From: Candidatus Caldarchaeum sp.
GTDB taxonomy: Archaea > Thermoproteota > Nitrososphaeria_A > Caldarchaeales > Caldarchaeaceae
Reading direction: 5' to 3'
DNA length: 64,000 bases
Assembly: GCA_038831915.1 (NCBI GenBank)
Contig: JAWBKB010000004.1
Coordinates: 32,001-96,000, forward strand
Shown here: positions 1-10,811 of the stretch, in pieces
How the letters are laid out: every line of letters begins with the position of its first letter
Numbering within the stretch: the first letter of the stretch is position 1
The notes under the pieces: model-generated
Told to the model about the DNA's origin: nothing
The model's database searches: none
The model's input: only the letters and a program-made list of their open reading frames with translations
Translations under genes and position numbers: made by a program

Positions 1-773
1 TGGTTGGGTTGTTGATGGGGTTTCTTCATGCGCTATTTTCGGTTTCGCTCAAGTTAAACCAAGTCGTCGTCGGATTAGCCATCACTATTTTCGGCCTGGG
101 GTTCAGCGGTTTGATGGCGTCCGCGGAAATCAGAAGCAGGATAATCCTCGCGTTAAATCCTGACGCATCGAGAGCTGTGCTGGCCTCCCAAGAAGCGCCC
201 AAGCTACCTCTCATTCCAATCGAAGGCCTGAAAGACATTCCAGTGCTGGGTCCTATGTTCTTCAATCACAACGCCCTCGTGTATATTTCGCTAGTGTTGA
301 GCGTCGTGATGTGGTTTGTGCTTTTCCGGACTCGGTTCGGCCTCAGTTTGAGGTCATGTGGCGAGAACCCCTCAATGGCCGATACTTTGGGGGTCAACGT
401 TTACTTGATGAGGTATGTTGCCATGGCGATTTGCGGAACCCTTGGATGCCTTGCGGGAGCGTATCTTTTTATTGGCTATCAGCCCTTTTGGATCGAAGGA
501 ATGACTAGTGGCCGAGGGTTCATTTCGCTTGCGTTGGTGATTCTGGCGACTTGGAATCCGTTGCGAGCGATTCTCGGCGCCTATTTGTTCGGCGGAGTTG
601 AAGCTCTTCAGTTCAGGCTCCAGGTTTTAGGCGTCGCTGCGCAGCTTCCTTACTTCCTTCTCATGCTCCCGTATGCTGTCACCATCATTGCGTTAACTTT
701 ACTATCCATTGAATCTGTCCGTAAGAGAATAGGCGTGCCAGCGGCACTCGGAATCCCGTATTCTCGTGAATAG
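1..773 (+). CDS. ABC transporter permease (nucleoside/sugar, BPD_transp_2 type), probably 5'-truncated by the window edge
   Basis: Hydrophobic ORF with RTRFGLSLRSCGENP..ADTLGVNV and GRGFISLALVI motifs typical of nucleoside ABC permeases. Confidence 0.85.
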   Translation, partial: VGLLMGFLHALFSVSLKLNQVVVGLAITIFGLGFSGLMASAEIRSRIILALNPDASRAVLASQEAPKLPLIPIEGLKDIPVLGPMFFNHNALVYISLVLSVVMWFVLFRTRFGLSLRSCGENPSMADTLGVNVYLMRYVAMAICGTLGCLAGAYLFIGYQPFWIEGMTSGRGFISLALVILATWNPLRAILGAYLFGGVEALQFRLQVLGVAAQLPYFLLMLPYAVTIIALTLLSIESVRKRIGVPAALGIPYSRE

Positions 774-775
774 CC

Positions 776-2347
776 ATGGACTGGGATGAAAGAATTATTC
801 CGAAAACGATGAGTTCACAGCATCCGGACAACGTTTCAAGCCCTCCGTGGCTCGAAAAGCCGATAATAGCCGGGGACGATGAAATCGAAGAAGTTTACCA
901 GAGTTGGAGCAGGCTCGGATGCATGGAGGCTATGTGGGATGCTGAAGGGAAAGATGTTGACCTGAACGTAGTGAGAAAACTTCTCGCGCGTCATGGGGAA
1001 TTTTTCCGGGAAAAGATAATCGGCCGTCATGTCTTCCTCACCTATCGAATACCTAACCCATCGGTAGAAAAAGGAGACCGCAAAGTTTTTTTCGAAACAC
1101 TTCAAAGCATCCCTAAACACTACGACGTATGCGAAGCGTTTTACGGGACGGACGCGGTTCCGCCGGTCTTCGAAGTAATACTGCCTTTTACACAGTCAGT
1201 TCACCAAATTTTCCAGGTAATCAACACATACCGGAAAGCTGTGGTCCAGCTTGAAGACGTTTTTATCGACTATCCGGACGTCAGGCTCAAAGACGTTATT
1301 GGCCAAATCTATCCCGATAAAATAGAAGTAATACCGCTTTTCGAAGATACGCAGAGCATCTACGACATTGAGACGATTGTAGGCAGGTTCATCGAAATGT
1401 CTTCGCCAAAATACGTCAGAGTTTTCATCGCAAGGTCGGACCCAGCTCTCAACAACGGCTTAATTGCTGCCACTTTGTTGGCCAAGCTAGCACTGGCCAA
1501 GATTCATCGGATTGAGAACCAAACCGGAATACCAATTCATCCAATCATCGGTGTGGGAACCTTTCCTTTCCGTGGAGGACTCAACCCCATTGACCTCGAC
1601 AGATTTCTACGTGAATATGGTGGCTTTTCGACAGTGACGGTTCAATCTGCTTTCCGCTATGATTACCCGGAAAGTGCCGTAATTGAAGCTGTCGACAAGC
1701 TTAACAGATGTTTGCCGGAGCGTAAATCCAGACTTGAAGACGTAGACGACGGCATAGTGAAGCAGATTGTGGAAAAAGCTTCTCAGAGGTATCGGTTGTT
1801 CGCGGAAAGCGCCGCACCCTCAGTTGCCAGGCTTTCGGCTTTGACGCCGAGCCGAAGGATGAGGAAGCTTCACATCGGTGCTTTCGCGTATGGTCGCAGG
1901 CTTGCAAACGTAGAGCTACCTCGTGCCATACCCTACGCATGCACTTATTACAGCCTCGGTTTGCCGCCTGAATTCATAGGGTTGAGCTTTCTGCAGCATT
2001 TATCGGAACGTGAATACGACTTGTTAAGAAGAATGTATGTGAACTTGATTGACGATTTGCGCAAAGTAGCTCCTCTCGTCTGCTTCGACAATATCAACTT
2101 ACTGCTCGGAGATGAGGCAGACGCGAAACCGGAGTTGAAACCACTTGCTTCAGCGCTGCCCTACTACGTTGAAGACCTGGAAACAGCGCGAAATATGCTG
2201 GACATTAAACTAGGGCCTCGCACGTTGTCGGAAAGAAAATATAGCAACATCGTAAACAATTTCCTCATATCCTATATGGAGGGAGATGAAACATCAGCCA
2301 AACAAGAATTACTTAGGGCCGCTCAGATGAGGAGATGTTTGGGTTAG
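776..2347 (+). CDS. ppcA: Archaeal-type phosphoenolpyruvate carboxylase
   Basis: IPKTMSSQHPDN N-terminus, MWDAEGK, RVFIARSDPA, PFRGGL and LPRAI motifs of PEPC_arch. Confidence 0.95.
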   Translation: MDWDERIIPKTMSSQHPDNVSSPPWLEKPIIAGDDEIEEVYQSWSRLGCMEAMWDAEGKDVDLNVVRKLLARHGEFFREKIIGRHVFLTYRIPNPSVEKGDRKVFFETLQSIPKHYDVCEAFYGTDAVPPVFEVILPFTQSVHQIFQVINTYRKAVVQLEDVFIDYPDVRLKDVIGQIYPDKIEVIPLFEDTQSIYDIETIVGRFIEMSSPKYVRVFIARSDPALNNGLIAATLLAKLALAKIHRIENQTGIPIHPIIGVGTFPFRGGLNPIDLDRFLREYGGFSTVTVQSAFRYDYPESAVIEAVDKLNRCLPERKSRLEDVDDGIVKQIVEKASQRYRLFAESAAPSVARLSALTPSRRMRKLHIGAFAYGRRLANVELPRAIPYACTYYSLGLPPEFIGLSFLQHLSEREYDLLRRMYVNLIDDLRKVAPLVCFDNINLLLGDEADAKPELKPLASALPYYVEDLETARNMLDIKLGPRTLSERKYSNIVNNFLISYMEGDETSAKQELLRAAQMRRCLG

Positions 2348-2913
2348 CGGGACGCTAGAGCTACTCTTTCCAGTTCGATCTTTTTCTTTATCGCGAAGCT
2401 TTTAGTGTCTTTCTCAGATGCAAGAATTATTTCCTCGGCGAGTGATTCATCGATTGTTCGCCGTGTCCGGAAGCTGTTTTCACGGGCAGCATGCGCGATG
2501 TTTCTCAGCGCCAAGTCAACGCGACGCTGAGGACTGATGTCGACGGCTTTGAAGTAAACAATGCCTCCGTAGCTCAACCTTGTGACGTCTTCAAGCGGAG
2601 CCGCGTTTTCAACCGCTCTCACGAGGGCCTCGACGGGGTTTTTACCGGTTCGTAGATGAATTATCCAGAGAGCGTTCTTGACAGCTGAAAGAGCTTTAGT
2701 TTTTTTCCCGCCGCTTCTCCCCGGCCTCATCAACATGTTGGCAAGTCTTTCCACGATGTTGACCTGTGATTTAGCAAACCTGCGATGTTCATGTCGGCCG
2801 CTCGAATGAGGGATGACCGTCGGAGTTAAAGAGATGTATTTCTTCAGACCTTCGTCTAGAACTTCGATTCCCTCAACGCTCCAGAGCCCGAACAACTTCA
2901 GTTGGTCGGACAA
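2344..2913 (-). CDS. rps7: 30S ribosomal protein S7 (uS7)
   Basis: KLFGLWS, PHSSGRH..RRFAKSQVNIVERL, AVDISPQRRVDLALR, ELERVALASR. Confidence 0.97.
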   Translation of the reverse strand: MSDQLKLFGLWSVEGIEVLDEGLKKYISLTPTVIPHSSGRHEHRRFAKSQVNIVERLANMLMRPGRSGGKKTKALSAVKNALWIIHLRTGKNPVEALVRAVENAAPLEDVTRLSYGGIVYFKAVDISPQRRVDLALRNIAHAARENSFRTRRTIDESLAEEIILASEKDTKSFAIKKKIELERVALASR

Positions 2914-2952
2914 CCCTTCGATACCATTTTACACGCTTTATTTAATTCTATG

Positions 2953-3387
2953 CTACTGCACGGCGACATGTTCAATGTTGAAATGCCTTTTTGCCAGCAA
3001 CCTCGCTATGTTGATGTTTTTTCCATCTTTTCCGATTGCGACGCCTTTATCGCGAGGGTTCACGGTCACGACGGCGATTTTCTTACCGTCAGGTTTTTCG
3101 GTGACACGGACCGGGTCTATGACTTCAGCTGGATGCAACAAATTTTTAATGAACGAAGCTGCATCCGTGGTATATTCAACGACCTTTATACGTTTTCGGA
3201 AAATTCTGACAAGCTCTTTGATTTTTGCTCCATGGCTTGCAAGCGCCCTGCGTAAATCGCCTTGCCTAACTACGAATGTAAGCAGGTCATCGTCCTCTAC
3301 ACAGTCTACAACCGCCGCGCCAGTTAAAGCTTCAAACATCTGAATATATTTGATTTCTTTCTCGGTGAGTTTTACGCCTTCTCCCAA
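2953..3387 (-). CDS. nusA: Archaeal NusA (KH-domain transcription factor)
   Basis: FEALTGA.VVDC and KGVAIGKDGKNI KH motif; canonical position after rpl30e. Confidence 0.93.
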   Translation of the reverse strand: MGEGVKLTEKEIKYIQMFEALTGAAVVDCVEDDDLLTFVVRQGDLRRALASHGAKIKELVRIFRKRIKVVEYTTDAASFIKNLLHPAEVIDPVRVTEKPDGKKIAVVTVNPRDKGVAIGKDGKNINIARLLAKRHFNIEHVAVQ

Positions 3388-3393
3388 GCGTTT

Positions 3394-3699
3394 TCACTCC
3401 TGCTTTTTTTCAAGGAGGTCAGAGCTGCCCGGGTCGATAATGCCTATGAAAGATGTCGGAAAAGGTTTTCGTAGAGCCAGCCCAAGCTCCGCCGGCGACA
3501 AATCGACGAGCAGAAGAGGCACGTCGTTGGCCTTTGAATAGATTTGCATTTTGGTGAGAAGAACAGGATGGGATTTGGTGGAAGCGACGACGACCGCGGC
3601 TTTTTTGTCGATCACTTTCTTCAAGGTCTGTCTGTAACCGACCACGTATGACCCGGTTCTACTAACCACTTGAAGAGATTGTCGCAAATCCATTTTCAA
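3394..3699 (-). CDS. rpl30e: 50S ribosomal protein L30e
   Basis: TGSYVVGYRQTLK, ELGLALRKPF, IIDPGSSDLL; position in the rpo operon. Confidence 0.93.
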   Translation of the reverse strand: MKMDLRQSLQVVSRTGSYVVGYRQTLKKVIDKKAAVVVASTKSHPVLLTKMQIYSKANDVPLLLVDLSPAELGLALRKPFPTSFIGIIDPGSSDLLEKKQE

Positions 3700-6600
3700 T
3701 CACCTTTTTCATGACTCATCAGCAAGGTTACCATTCCCGTGCCAACTGGTATTTCCCTTCCAATAAGGATTCTTTCGACGTTGCCCTTCAAGTTATCAAC
3801 TTCTCCTCGAGTAGCAGCTTCCAAAAGCGTCTGGACGCTGATTTCATACGCCGCTCTCGCGAGCACGCTGCTCTTCAGCTTCACAACACCGTGGCGTCCT
3901 ATCTGCCTAACGGAGCCGCTCACAGTCATCATGTCTGCCAACAGAAGCAGATGCCTAATGTCGACGTCAAGCCCTTGATCCTCGAGAACTTCGCGCGACT
4001 CTTCCACGATGGCGTTGCGAGCGGCCTCGATGCCAAACACTTCCGCGATCTCGTATATGTCGTTGGTTTTAATCCGCTTCCAGTCAACACCAGGCACCTC
4101 CATAACTTCGCGGAGATTCGACCCCTCTGTCCGGATCACGTATTCGTCTTTTTCCTTGAAAACAGTCGCTTTCTTGATACGCCTAATACCTTTGACCTTT
4201 ACCGTTGAAACCCTTTCTCTTACCTGCGAAATGTCGGCAATAGATTCTTCATCGAGCTTCACAGATATGATTTGTTTTTCCGCGTTGTATTCGGCGTTGA
4301 TTGATTTGACGGCTTTTTCGATGTCTTTTCGCGAAGCGCCGTGTTCTTCTAGGGCTTTGGGGTCGAGCTGAAATTCGACCGTGTTCTTCTTATAGTTGAC
4401 GACGACTCCTGCTATAAGGTCTCCAAGAGTCGTGTACTGAATCTGTTTAGCGAGTTTTCTTGCTTTAGTCAGGTTGGTTGCGTATTCGGGCTCAAGCTGA
4501 ATGTACATGATTGGTGTCGATGGTGTTCGTCTGGCGTCCACTATTTCGATGAGCCGCGGCAACCCTTTCAGAATACTTTGTTCACCGACGCCGGCGAAGT
4601 GAAACGTTCGAAGTGTAAGCTGTGTTCCAGGCTCGCCAATTGATTGGGCGGTAACTACTCCAACTGCGTCACCGGGCTCGGCTAGAGAGCCTACGAATTT
4701 GGTGACGGTTTCCGCGATAATTTTGTCGACGGCTTGAGTTGGTGAAAGCTTCTTTACAAGCTCTTCCCGTAATTCTTCCAGTATTTTTCTCGGCAGTCGG
4801 TCGGCTACCTCAGCGAGCTTGCTCTCTATGTATTGTTGTGAAGAAGTTTTCCCGGAGGGAATTGTGGCGAGGACAGAGTTGATTATGTTGGAGACCGTTA
4901 CTGCTTTGCCGTGGTCTGATTTCGCCGGGTCTACACCATCCTCCCCGTATGCGAACTGGATAATTCTACCTTCGTCCGCTGTCCTTACGGTTCCGTCATA
5001 GTCGATGTAAAGTGCTTCGAGAGCGTTTATCAGCCTCCGCTGCATGTACCCGCTTTGCTGAGTCCGCACGGCTGTATCCACGAGACCGTCTCGCCCACCG
5101 ACTGCATGGAAGAAAAACTCTATCGGGTCGAGGCCCGAAACAAATGAATTGTAGACAAATCCTCTTGCCCGCGGCGAAAGGTCGCCGGGCTTGAAGAATG
5201 TAAGAACCCTGTTTCGGAAGCCTCTGTGCACTCTTTCTCTCCGTACCGATTGCTGGCCGACGACGGCTATCATTTGGTCGAGGTTGAGCATCGTTCCTCT
5301 GGCGCCTGTTTTCGCCATGATGAAAGCCGAGCTTTCTTGTGAAATCTTTGACCGAATCAACTTTCCGGCCGAATCTCTCGCCTCGCTCAAGATCTTCAAA
5401 ACATCTGCTTCAAACGCCTGTTGCTCTGTCATGCCGGGCGGAATCTCTTTTTCACCCGACTCGTATTCTCCGCGGAGTTTGACGAAAGCGTTTTCGCTTT
5501 TCCGGAAAATCTGCTCGATGTCAGACTGAATTTCAGGAGGTACTTCTAGGTCGTCTATCGCGAAGGAGAAGCCTTTCATTTCGATGAATGTGTTGGCCAG
5601 CCTTACGATGTTGTCGAGAAACTGTCTCGCGAAATCCGGTCCATAGTCTCTTGCAAGCCTGTGTAAAATGCTGTTCGCCTTCTCAACTCCGACTGACCCC
5701 TTGTCTATGACGCCGGCAACAAGTTGTCCGTTGCGTACAATCACTTCCGTGTTGTTGAACGAAGATTTTGTGACATGGTTGAAGTCTTTGGGCAGGAGCA
5801 TGCTGAAAACCTGTTTTCCTGTCCACATTGGTTCAGGCGATTTGATTGCGGGTTCAGGAATTTCACCACGGTATTTGATTGAAGCGAGTAGCTTGGCGAG
5901 CTCTGACTTGGTAAGTTTAGTGTCATCCTTTGTCAGTAGATATAGCGATGTTAGGAAGTCTCGGATTACGCCGATGATGGGTGCGCCATATCTCGGGGAA
6001 ATGATGTTGTTTTCTACGACGAGAAGTTCGCGTGCTTCTGTCTGGGCTTCTTCGCTCTGTGGTACGTGGAGGTTCATTTCGTCGCCGTCAAAGTCTGCGT
6101 TGTAGGGAGTGCAGACAGCTGGGTTGAGTCTAAGAGTTTTGTAGGGTAAAACTTTGACGTAATGTGCCATGATGGACATCCGGTGTAGGGACGGTTGACG
6201 GTTGAACAACACGATGTCACCGTCCTGAAGATGTCTTTCAACTATGTAACCAGGTTCGAGAGCCGTGGCGAGTTCTTCTAGGTTCGAGACAAACTTCAGC
6301 CGAACACGTTTACCATCGGGTCTGATGATGTATTTGGCGCCGGGATATTTGTCGGAGCCATTTCTAACGAGCGACCTCATCTTCTCTAGGTTCCACGGAG
6401 TTACTCTCTCGGCTACGGTGAGTTGCATCGCGATTTCAAGCGGAACCCCTACTTCGTTGATTCCGATGTTCGGGTCGGGAGAAATGACGGTTCGCGCCGA
6501 AAAGTCGACACGTTTCCCTGAAAGGTTTAGCCTGAACCTGCCTTCCTTGCCTTTGAGTCTCTGAGCAAGTGTTTTCAGAACTCTTCCAGACCTGTGTTTG

Positions 6601-7460
6601 GCTGGTGATACGCCGACAGCTTCGTTGTTGAAATATGTGGTTACGTGATATTGGAGAAGGTCTGAAAGTTCCTCTATGACTGGGGAAGGAGAGCCGGCTC
6701 GGATGTTTTCACGCAGTCTCTGAGCGACCCTGAGGATGTCGACAAGCTTATGTGTCAGGTCGTCTTCGGAACGGTATCCCGACTCCAAAGTTATCGAGGG
6801 CCTGACATAAACTGGTGGAACGGGAAGTACGGTTAACACCATCCATTCAGGCCTTGACGTGGTGGGGTTGATGTCCAGCAGAATGAGGTCTTTGTCTGGA
6901 ATTCTTTCAAGCCGTGCTCTGACCGTGCTTGGGTTGAGTTTCGTAGTGCTGGCCTCTGAAATTTCGACGAAAGTTGTTGGTTTTTCTAGCTCAAGCTTAA
7001 GCTGTTTCTCACCGCAATGTGGACATGTCTGAGTGTTCATCGCCTTCTGCTTGATGCGGTAAATAAGGTTCTTGTAGGGAAGGTTGGCGGCTCTAAGCTT
7101 CTCTATCTCTTCATGGTTTTTCCGGCATTCGTCTTCGGAGAGTAAGATTCGGCCGCATGACCTACACGTTGATTTGAGAAGTTCGTAGATTGTTTTTGCG
7201 AAGCCTACGTGTATGACTGGAATCGGTAGTTCTATTCGACCGAAATGGCCTGGACATCCCAGATATGTGTTTCCGCATGTTTTGCATCTCTGGCCTGGCT
7301 CGAGGGTGCCGAGTCTCGGGTCCATTACGCTCGTGGGGATGGGCAGCCCGTCTTCGTCGTAGGTGTCAGGGCTGATGATTTCCGCGACGCTCATCTTTCT
7401 TATGAGGTCGGGCGACAGAATGCCGAAACTGATTCCCGAAACGGATGCAGCGGTGCTCAT
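3696..7460 (-). CDS. rpoA: DNA-directed RNA polymerase largest subunit Rpo1 (A' and A'' fused in one ORF)
   Basis: Catalytic NADFDGDEMN, zinc site CKTC..CPGH, and the A''-type AQSIGEPGTQLTLRTFH in one frame; likely start ATG 7460 (MSTAAS) overlapping the rpoB stop. Confidence 0.97.
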   Translation of the reverse strand: MSTAASVSGISFGILSPDLIRKMSVAEIISPDTYDEDGLPIPTSVMDPRLGTLEPGQRCKTCGNTYLGCPGHFGRIELPIPVIHVGFAKTIYELLKSTCRSCGRILLSEDECRKNHEEIEKLRAANLPYKNLIYRIKQKAMNTQTCPHCGEKQLKLELEKPTTFVEISEASTTKLNPSTVRARLERIPDKDLILLDINPTTSRPEWMVLTVLPVPPVYVRPSITLESGYRSEDDLTHKLVDILRVAQRLRENIRAGSPSPVIEELSDLLQYHVTTYFNNEAVGVSPAKHRSGRVLKTLAQRLKGKEGRFRLNLSGKRVDFSARTVISPDPNIGINEVGVPLEIAMQLTVAERVTPWNLEKMRSLVRNGSDKYPGAKYIIRPDGKRVRLKFVSNLEELATALEPGYIVERHLQDGDIVLFNRQPSLHRMSIMAHYVKVLPYKTLRLNPAVCTPYNADFDGDEMNLHVPQSEEAQTEARELLVVENNIISPRYGAPIIGVIRDFLTSLYLLTKDDTKLTKSELAKLLASIKYRGEIPEPAIKSPEPMWTGKQVFSMLLPKDFNHVTKSSFNNTEVIVRNGQLVAGVIDKGSVGVEKANSILHRLARDYGPDFARQFLDNIVRLANTFIEMKGFSFAIDDLEVPPEIQSDIEQIFRKSENAFVKLRGEYESGEKEIPPGMTEQQAFEADVLKILSEARDSAGKLIRSKISQESSAFIMAKTGARGTMLNLDQMIAVVGQQSVRRERVHRGFRNRVLTFFKPGDLSPRARGFVYNSFVSGLDPIEFFFHAVGGRDGLVDTAVRTQQSGYMQRRLINALEALYIDYDGTVRTADEGRIIQFAYGEDGVDPAKSDHGKAVTVSNIINSVLATIPSGKTSSQQYIESKLAEVADRLPRKILEELREELVKKLSPTQAVDKIIAETVTKFVGSLAEPGDAVGVVTAQSIGEPGTQLTLRTFHFAGVGEQSILKGLPRLIEIVDARRTPSTPIMYIQLEPEYATNLTKARKLAKQIQYTTLGDLIAGVVVNYKKNTVEFQLDPKALEEHGASRKDIEKAVKSINAEYNAEKQIISVKLDEESIADISQVRERVSTVKVKGIRRIKKATVFKEKDEYVIRTEGSNLREVMEVPGVDWKRIKTNDIYEIAEVFGIEAARNAIVEESREVLEDQGLDVDIRHLLLLADMMTVSGSVRQIGRHGVVKLKSSVLARAAYEISVQTLLEAATRGEVDNLKGNVERILIGREIPVGTGMVTLLMSHEKGD

Positions 7461-10400
7461 ATCTCCGGCTCCTCCAACAAGATGCGAGGATGAATACACA
7501 TGCTCATCATTTCGTTGAGAAGTAGGTAGAACGCGTAGGACATCGAAACCGCTTTGACGCGGACGTCTCTACCATCAACAGGGCAGACAAACCTTTCCTG
7601 TTTCAAGTCGTAATAGCATGGAAGCCCGCATTTTTCGCAGAAATACGCATTATATTTATCGCTCTGTTCTAGCAGTCGGTCCAGCAAAAGGTATGACGCT
7701 CCGTAGGCGATGAGGCAGTCTCTTTCCATTTCTCCGAACTTTAATCCTCCGCCTCTCGACCTTCCTTCAGTGGGCTGCCGTGTGAGCATCTGAACTTGGC
7801 CACGGGAACGTGCGTGTATTTTGTCGCGGACAAGGTGATGCAGCCTCTGGTAGTAGACGACGCCAATGAATATCTCCGCTTCAAGCCGCTGACCCGTAAC
7901 ACCGTTGTAAAGAATTTCGCGGCCGTTGCTCTTGAACCCGAGGGCCTCAAGCTCCTTTCTTATCTCATCCAGTGTTTTACCGAGGAAAGGAGTGCCGTCC
8001 ACCATTTCAGCCTCTATGCTTCCAAGTTTTCCAGCAAGACTTTCGATAAGCTGTCCGATGGTCATTCGTGACGGAAACGCATGCGGGTCTATGAGGAGGT
8101 CGGGGACGATGCCGTCCTTGGAGTAAGGCATGTCTTCTTGAGGCAGAAGCATCCCGACAACTCCTTTCTGGCCGTGTCGCGAAGAGAATTTATCACCGAT
8201 TTCTGTGAAACATGTGGCCCTAACTTTAGCCTTCACGAGCAGGTTTCCGTCCGCGTTGGTCGTGATGAAGATGTTTTCGACGTTGCCTGTTTCCGAAGGC
8301 TGAACAGCTTCAGAAGAATCCCTCCAAACCATTTCACGAGTCGGAACCCTTTGATATTCTTCTAGGAAACGTGGAGGACTAATCATTCCGACGATTACAG
8401 TGCCGCCGGACACGTCTGATTCGATGGTTGCGAACCCGTCTTTGTCGAGTACTTTGTAGAACTGTTCGCCTCGGAATCCTCGGACAGATGGGTCTGGAAT
8501 AGTAAATTTATCTCTTTGACCGCCCGGTGTTTGACGGGCTTCCACTTCATAAATACGCCAGCTAAGAGAAAGGCCTAAACCTCTTTCGACTGAAGACCTA
8601 TTCAAAACCACGGCATCTTCCATGTTGTATCCCTGCCCAGTCAAAATAGCGACAACCATGTTCTGCCCTGAAGGTCTGGTGTCAAGCCCTATCAAATCGC
8701 ATGTTCGAGTTGTTACGATGGGTTTCTGCGGGTAAACCAGTAAATGGCTTCTCGAATCGGTTCGGAGAGCGTAGTTAGATGCGAAGACTCCGAGAGCCTG
8801 CTTGGCCATAGCGCCTTCATACACGTTTCGCGGAGACTGGTTGTGTTCGGCGTAGGGGATGATAGAAGCGGCGACTCCAAGCATTGCGAAAGGCGAAATG
8901 TCGAGATGGGTGTGTTCATTGGTGACCTTGTCTGGGGATATTGCGACCAACGCGTTCTCTTCCTCCTCAGCGTCCAAGTACTCTATGATTCCCAGGCTGA
9001 CCAAATCTCTGAACTTCGAAGTTTTTCTACGTATGAGTTCAACATGCTGTTTATGGAGGAGAGGCTGGCCGTTTTGAACAACGACTAGCGGCCGCCTAAC
9101 CCTTCCTTCATCAGTGTTTATAACGACTTCCTGAACATGCGGATAACTGTATAACGCGACGTTGATGTTATGGCTGATGAGGCCTTCTCTGCGTAGCTTG
9201 CGGATTTCATTAACAAGCATTTGTGCATTGTTATGATATCCTTCGAGAACACCGTCGACGAAAACTTTGACGTTCGGAGGTGTCCTGCGTTTCGCTATGA
9301 TGTCTGCGAGTGGAATGACGTTGAGCTGGAAGAGTTTGTCCAACAGGTCTTTCTTGTTCGCTTGGAACGAGACTTCAGCTGATAGGGCAAGGTTTTTGAC
9401 GAGTCCCGCGTTGCTGCCTTCAGGTGTTTCGCATGGACAGAGCCTGCCCCAATGCGTGCCGTGGAGGTCTCTCGCCTCGAAGTGTGGCTGGCCCCGGCTA
9501 AGTGGTGATTGAACTCTTCTGAGATGGCTAAGAGTCGCCAGGTAGTTGGTTCTGTTTAACAACTGTGTTACGCCGACTCTTCCACCGGGCCAGTTCCCGG
9601 TGGCAAGCGCATGCCGGACAAATTCAGAAACAATTCCATGTCTTACATACGTGGAAATTGATATGGGCTGACGTGTCGGAATGATTCTTTCAAGCTGATA
9701 TCTAAGGTCGCGTAAAAGTTTGACAAAGGCCATTCGATACAGCTCGGTGAGTAATCCGCTTTCAAGCTTTAGACGTTTGTTGGCGTAATGATCTCTGTCG
9801 TCGGGTTCTCTCAACCCAAGGCTTGCTTCGAGAACTCTCCCGATCATTTCACATAGATGGATGGCTTTCTTGATACGCGCAGACTTAGTCGTCCCGAGAT
9901 GGAGCAGAAACATCGTGTCGACAATCTGCTCCGCCTTCTCCAAACGATATTCCTCAGCGTAGCCGAAAGCGATCCGGCTTCCGATGTAGTCGAGAGCTTG
10001 CTCAACGGTTTCAACTCCTTCAGCTTCTCTAAAGCTGGGCTCCAGAAGTTCCTGGACTTCTTTGAGCGGTGAAACTAGGTTGGCGATATCCTGGTCTTTT
10101 GTCAATCCCAGGGCCCTCAACATGATGACTGCCGGTACGCCTTTGTAGATTCTTGAAAAATAGACTTTCACGGGGCTGTCCTTACGGTAACTCACTTCCA
10201 CTCTAACCTGTCTTCCATGAGCTGCTGAAAGAACCACTGCCGAATACTGTGGCTTCGAATCACCCTCTTTTTTTGTGACGATGATTCTGTTTGGGGCAAG
10301 GTCTTCGATGGCGACTATTACTCTTTCGGAGCCGTTGATGATAAAGTATCCTCCGGGGTCTCGGGGGTCTTCGCCATGGGCGAGAAGCTCGTCGTGCGAC

Positions 10401-10810
10401 ATTTTCGAAAGTGGGCAAATGTCTGACTTTACCATTACGGGCACAGTTCCAATCCAGACGTTTTCAGGAGGGGCGAGAGGCTTCCCGTCTAAGTAGATGC
10501 TCATCTTAACATACAGCGGAGCTTCGTAGGTAAGGTTCCGCAGCCTCGCCTCCCATGGATACAACGGCTGAGGGTTGGGCGCGTCAATTTCACGCTTGGT
10601 CGGAATGTCGACGGAAACCGTTCCGAACTTGACAACCACAGTTCCGTGTTTGGTCTTTATCTCGTATTCACCGATGGAATTTATCAGCTGCTGCAGCCCT
10701 TCTTTTATGAAATAGTTATAGGATTTGATGTGATGCTGGACGAGCCCTTCGTCCTCGAGGTTAGATTTGAAAACATCCCACAAATCATGTTGGTTGAGCT
10801 GTGGATTCAT
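7457..10810 (-). CDS. rpoB: DNA-directed RNA polymerase subunit Rpo2 (unsplit B)
   Basis: GDKFSSRHGQKG, RQPTEGRSRGGGLKFGEMERD, C-terminal zinc ribbon; likely start MNPQLN at 10810. Confidence 0.97.
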   Translation of the reverse strand: MNPQLNQHDLWDVFKSNLEDEGLVQHHIKSYNYFIKEGLQQLINSIGEYEIKTKHGTVVVKFGTVSVDIPTKREIDAPNPQPLYPWEARLRNLTYEAPLYVKMSIYLDGKPLAPPENVWIGTVPVMVKSDICPLSKMSHDELLAHGEDPRDPGGYFIINGSERVIVAIEDLAPNRIIVTKKEGDSKPQYSAVVLSAAHGRQVRVEVSYRKDSPVKVYFSRIYKGVPAVIMLRALGLTKDQDIANLVSPLKEVQELLEPSFREAEGVETVEQALDYIGSRIAFGYAEEYRLEKAEQIVDTMFLLHLGTTKSARIKKAIHLCEMIGRVLEASLGLREPDDRDHYANKRLKLESGLLTELYRMAFVKLLRDLRYQLERIIPTRQPISISTYVRHGIVSEFVRHALATGNWPGGRVGVTQLLNRTNYLATLSHLRRVQSPLSRGQPHFEARDLHGTHWGRLCPCETPEGSNAGLVKNLALSAEVSFQANKKDLLDKLFQLNVIPLADIIAKRRTPPNVKVFVDGVLEGYHNNAQMLVNEIRKLRREGLISHNINVALYSYPHVQEVVINTDEGRVRRPLVVVQNGQPLLHKQHVELIRRKTSKFRDLVSLGIIEYLDAEEEENALVAISPDKVTNEHTHLDISPFAMLGVAASIIPYAEHNQSPRNVYEGAMAKQALGVFASNYALRTDSRSHLLVYPQKPIVTTRTCDLIGLDTRPSGQNMVVAILTGQGYNMEDAVVLNRSSVERGLGLSLSWRIYEVEARQTPGGQRDKFTIPDPSVRGFRGEQFYKVLDKDGFATIESDVSGGTVIVGMISPPRFLEEYQRVPTREMVWRDSSEAVQPSETGNVENIFITTNADGNLLVKAKVRATCFTEIGDKFSSRHGQKGVVGMLLPQEDMPYSKDGIVPDLLIDPHAFPSRMTIGQLIESLAGKLGSIEAEMVDGTPFLGKTLDEIRKELEALGFKSNGREILYNGVTGQRLEAEIFIGVVYYQRLHHLVRDKIHARSRGQVQMLTRQPTEGRSRGGGLKFGEMERDCLIAYGASYLLLDRLLEQSDKYNAYFCEKCGLPCYYDLKQERFVCPVDGRDVRVKAVSMSYAFYLLLNEMMSMCIHPRILLEEPEI

Positions 10811-10811
10811 G

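Noticed and set aside
3696-7499. Fused rpoA'/A'' as a novelty
   Set aside because: Unsplit Rpo1 is established for Thaumarchaeota, Aigarchaeota and Korarchaeota; used only as a taxonomic hint
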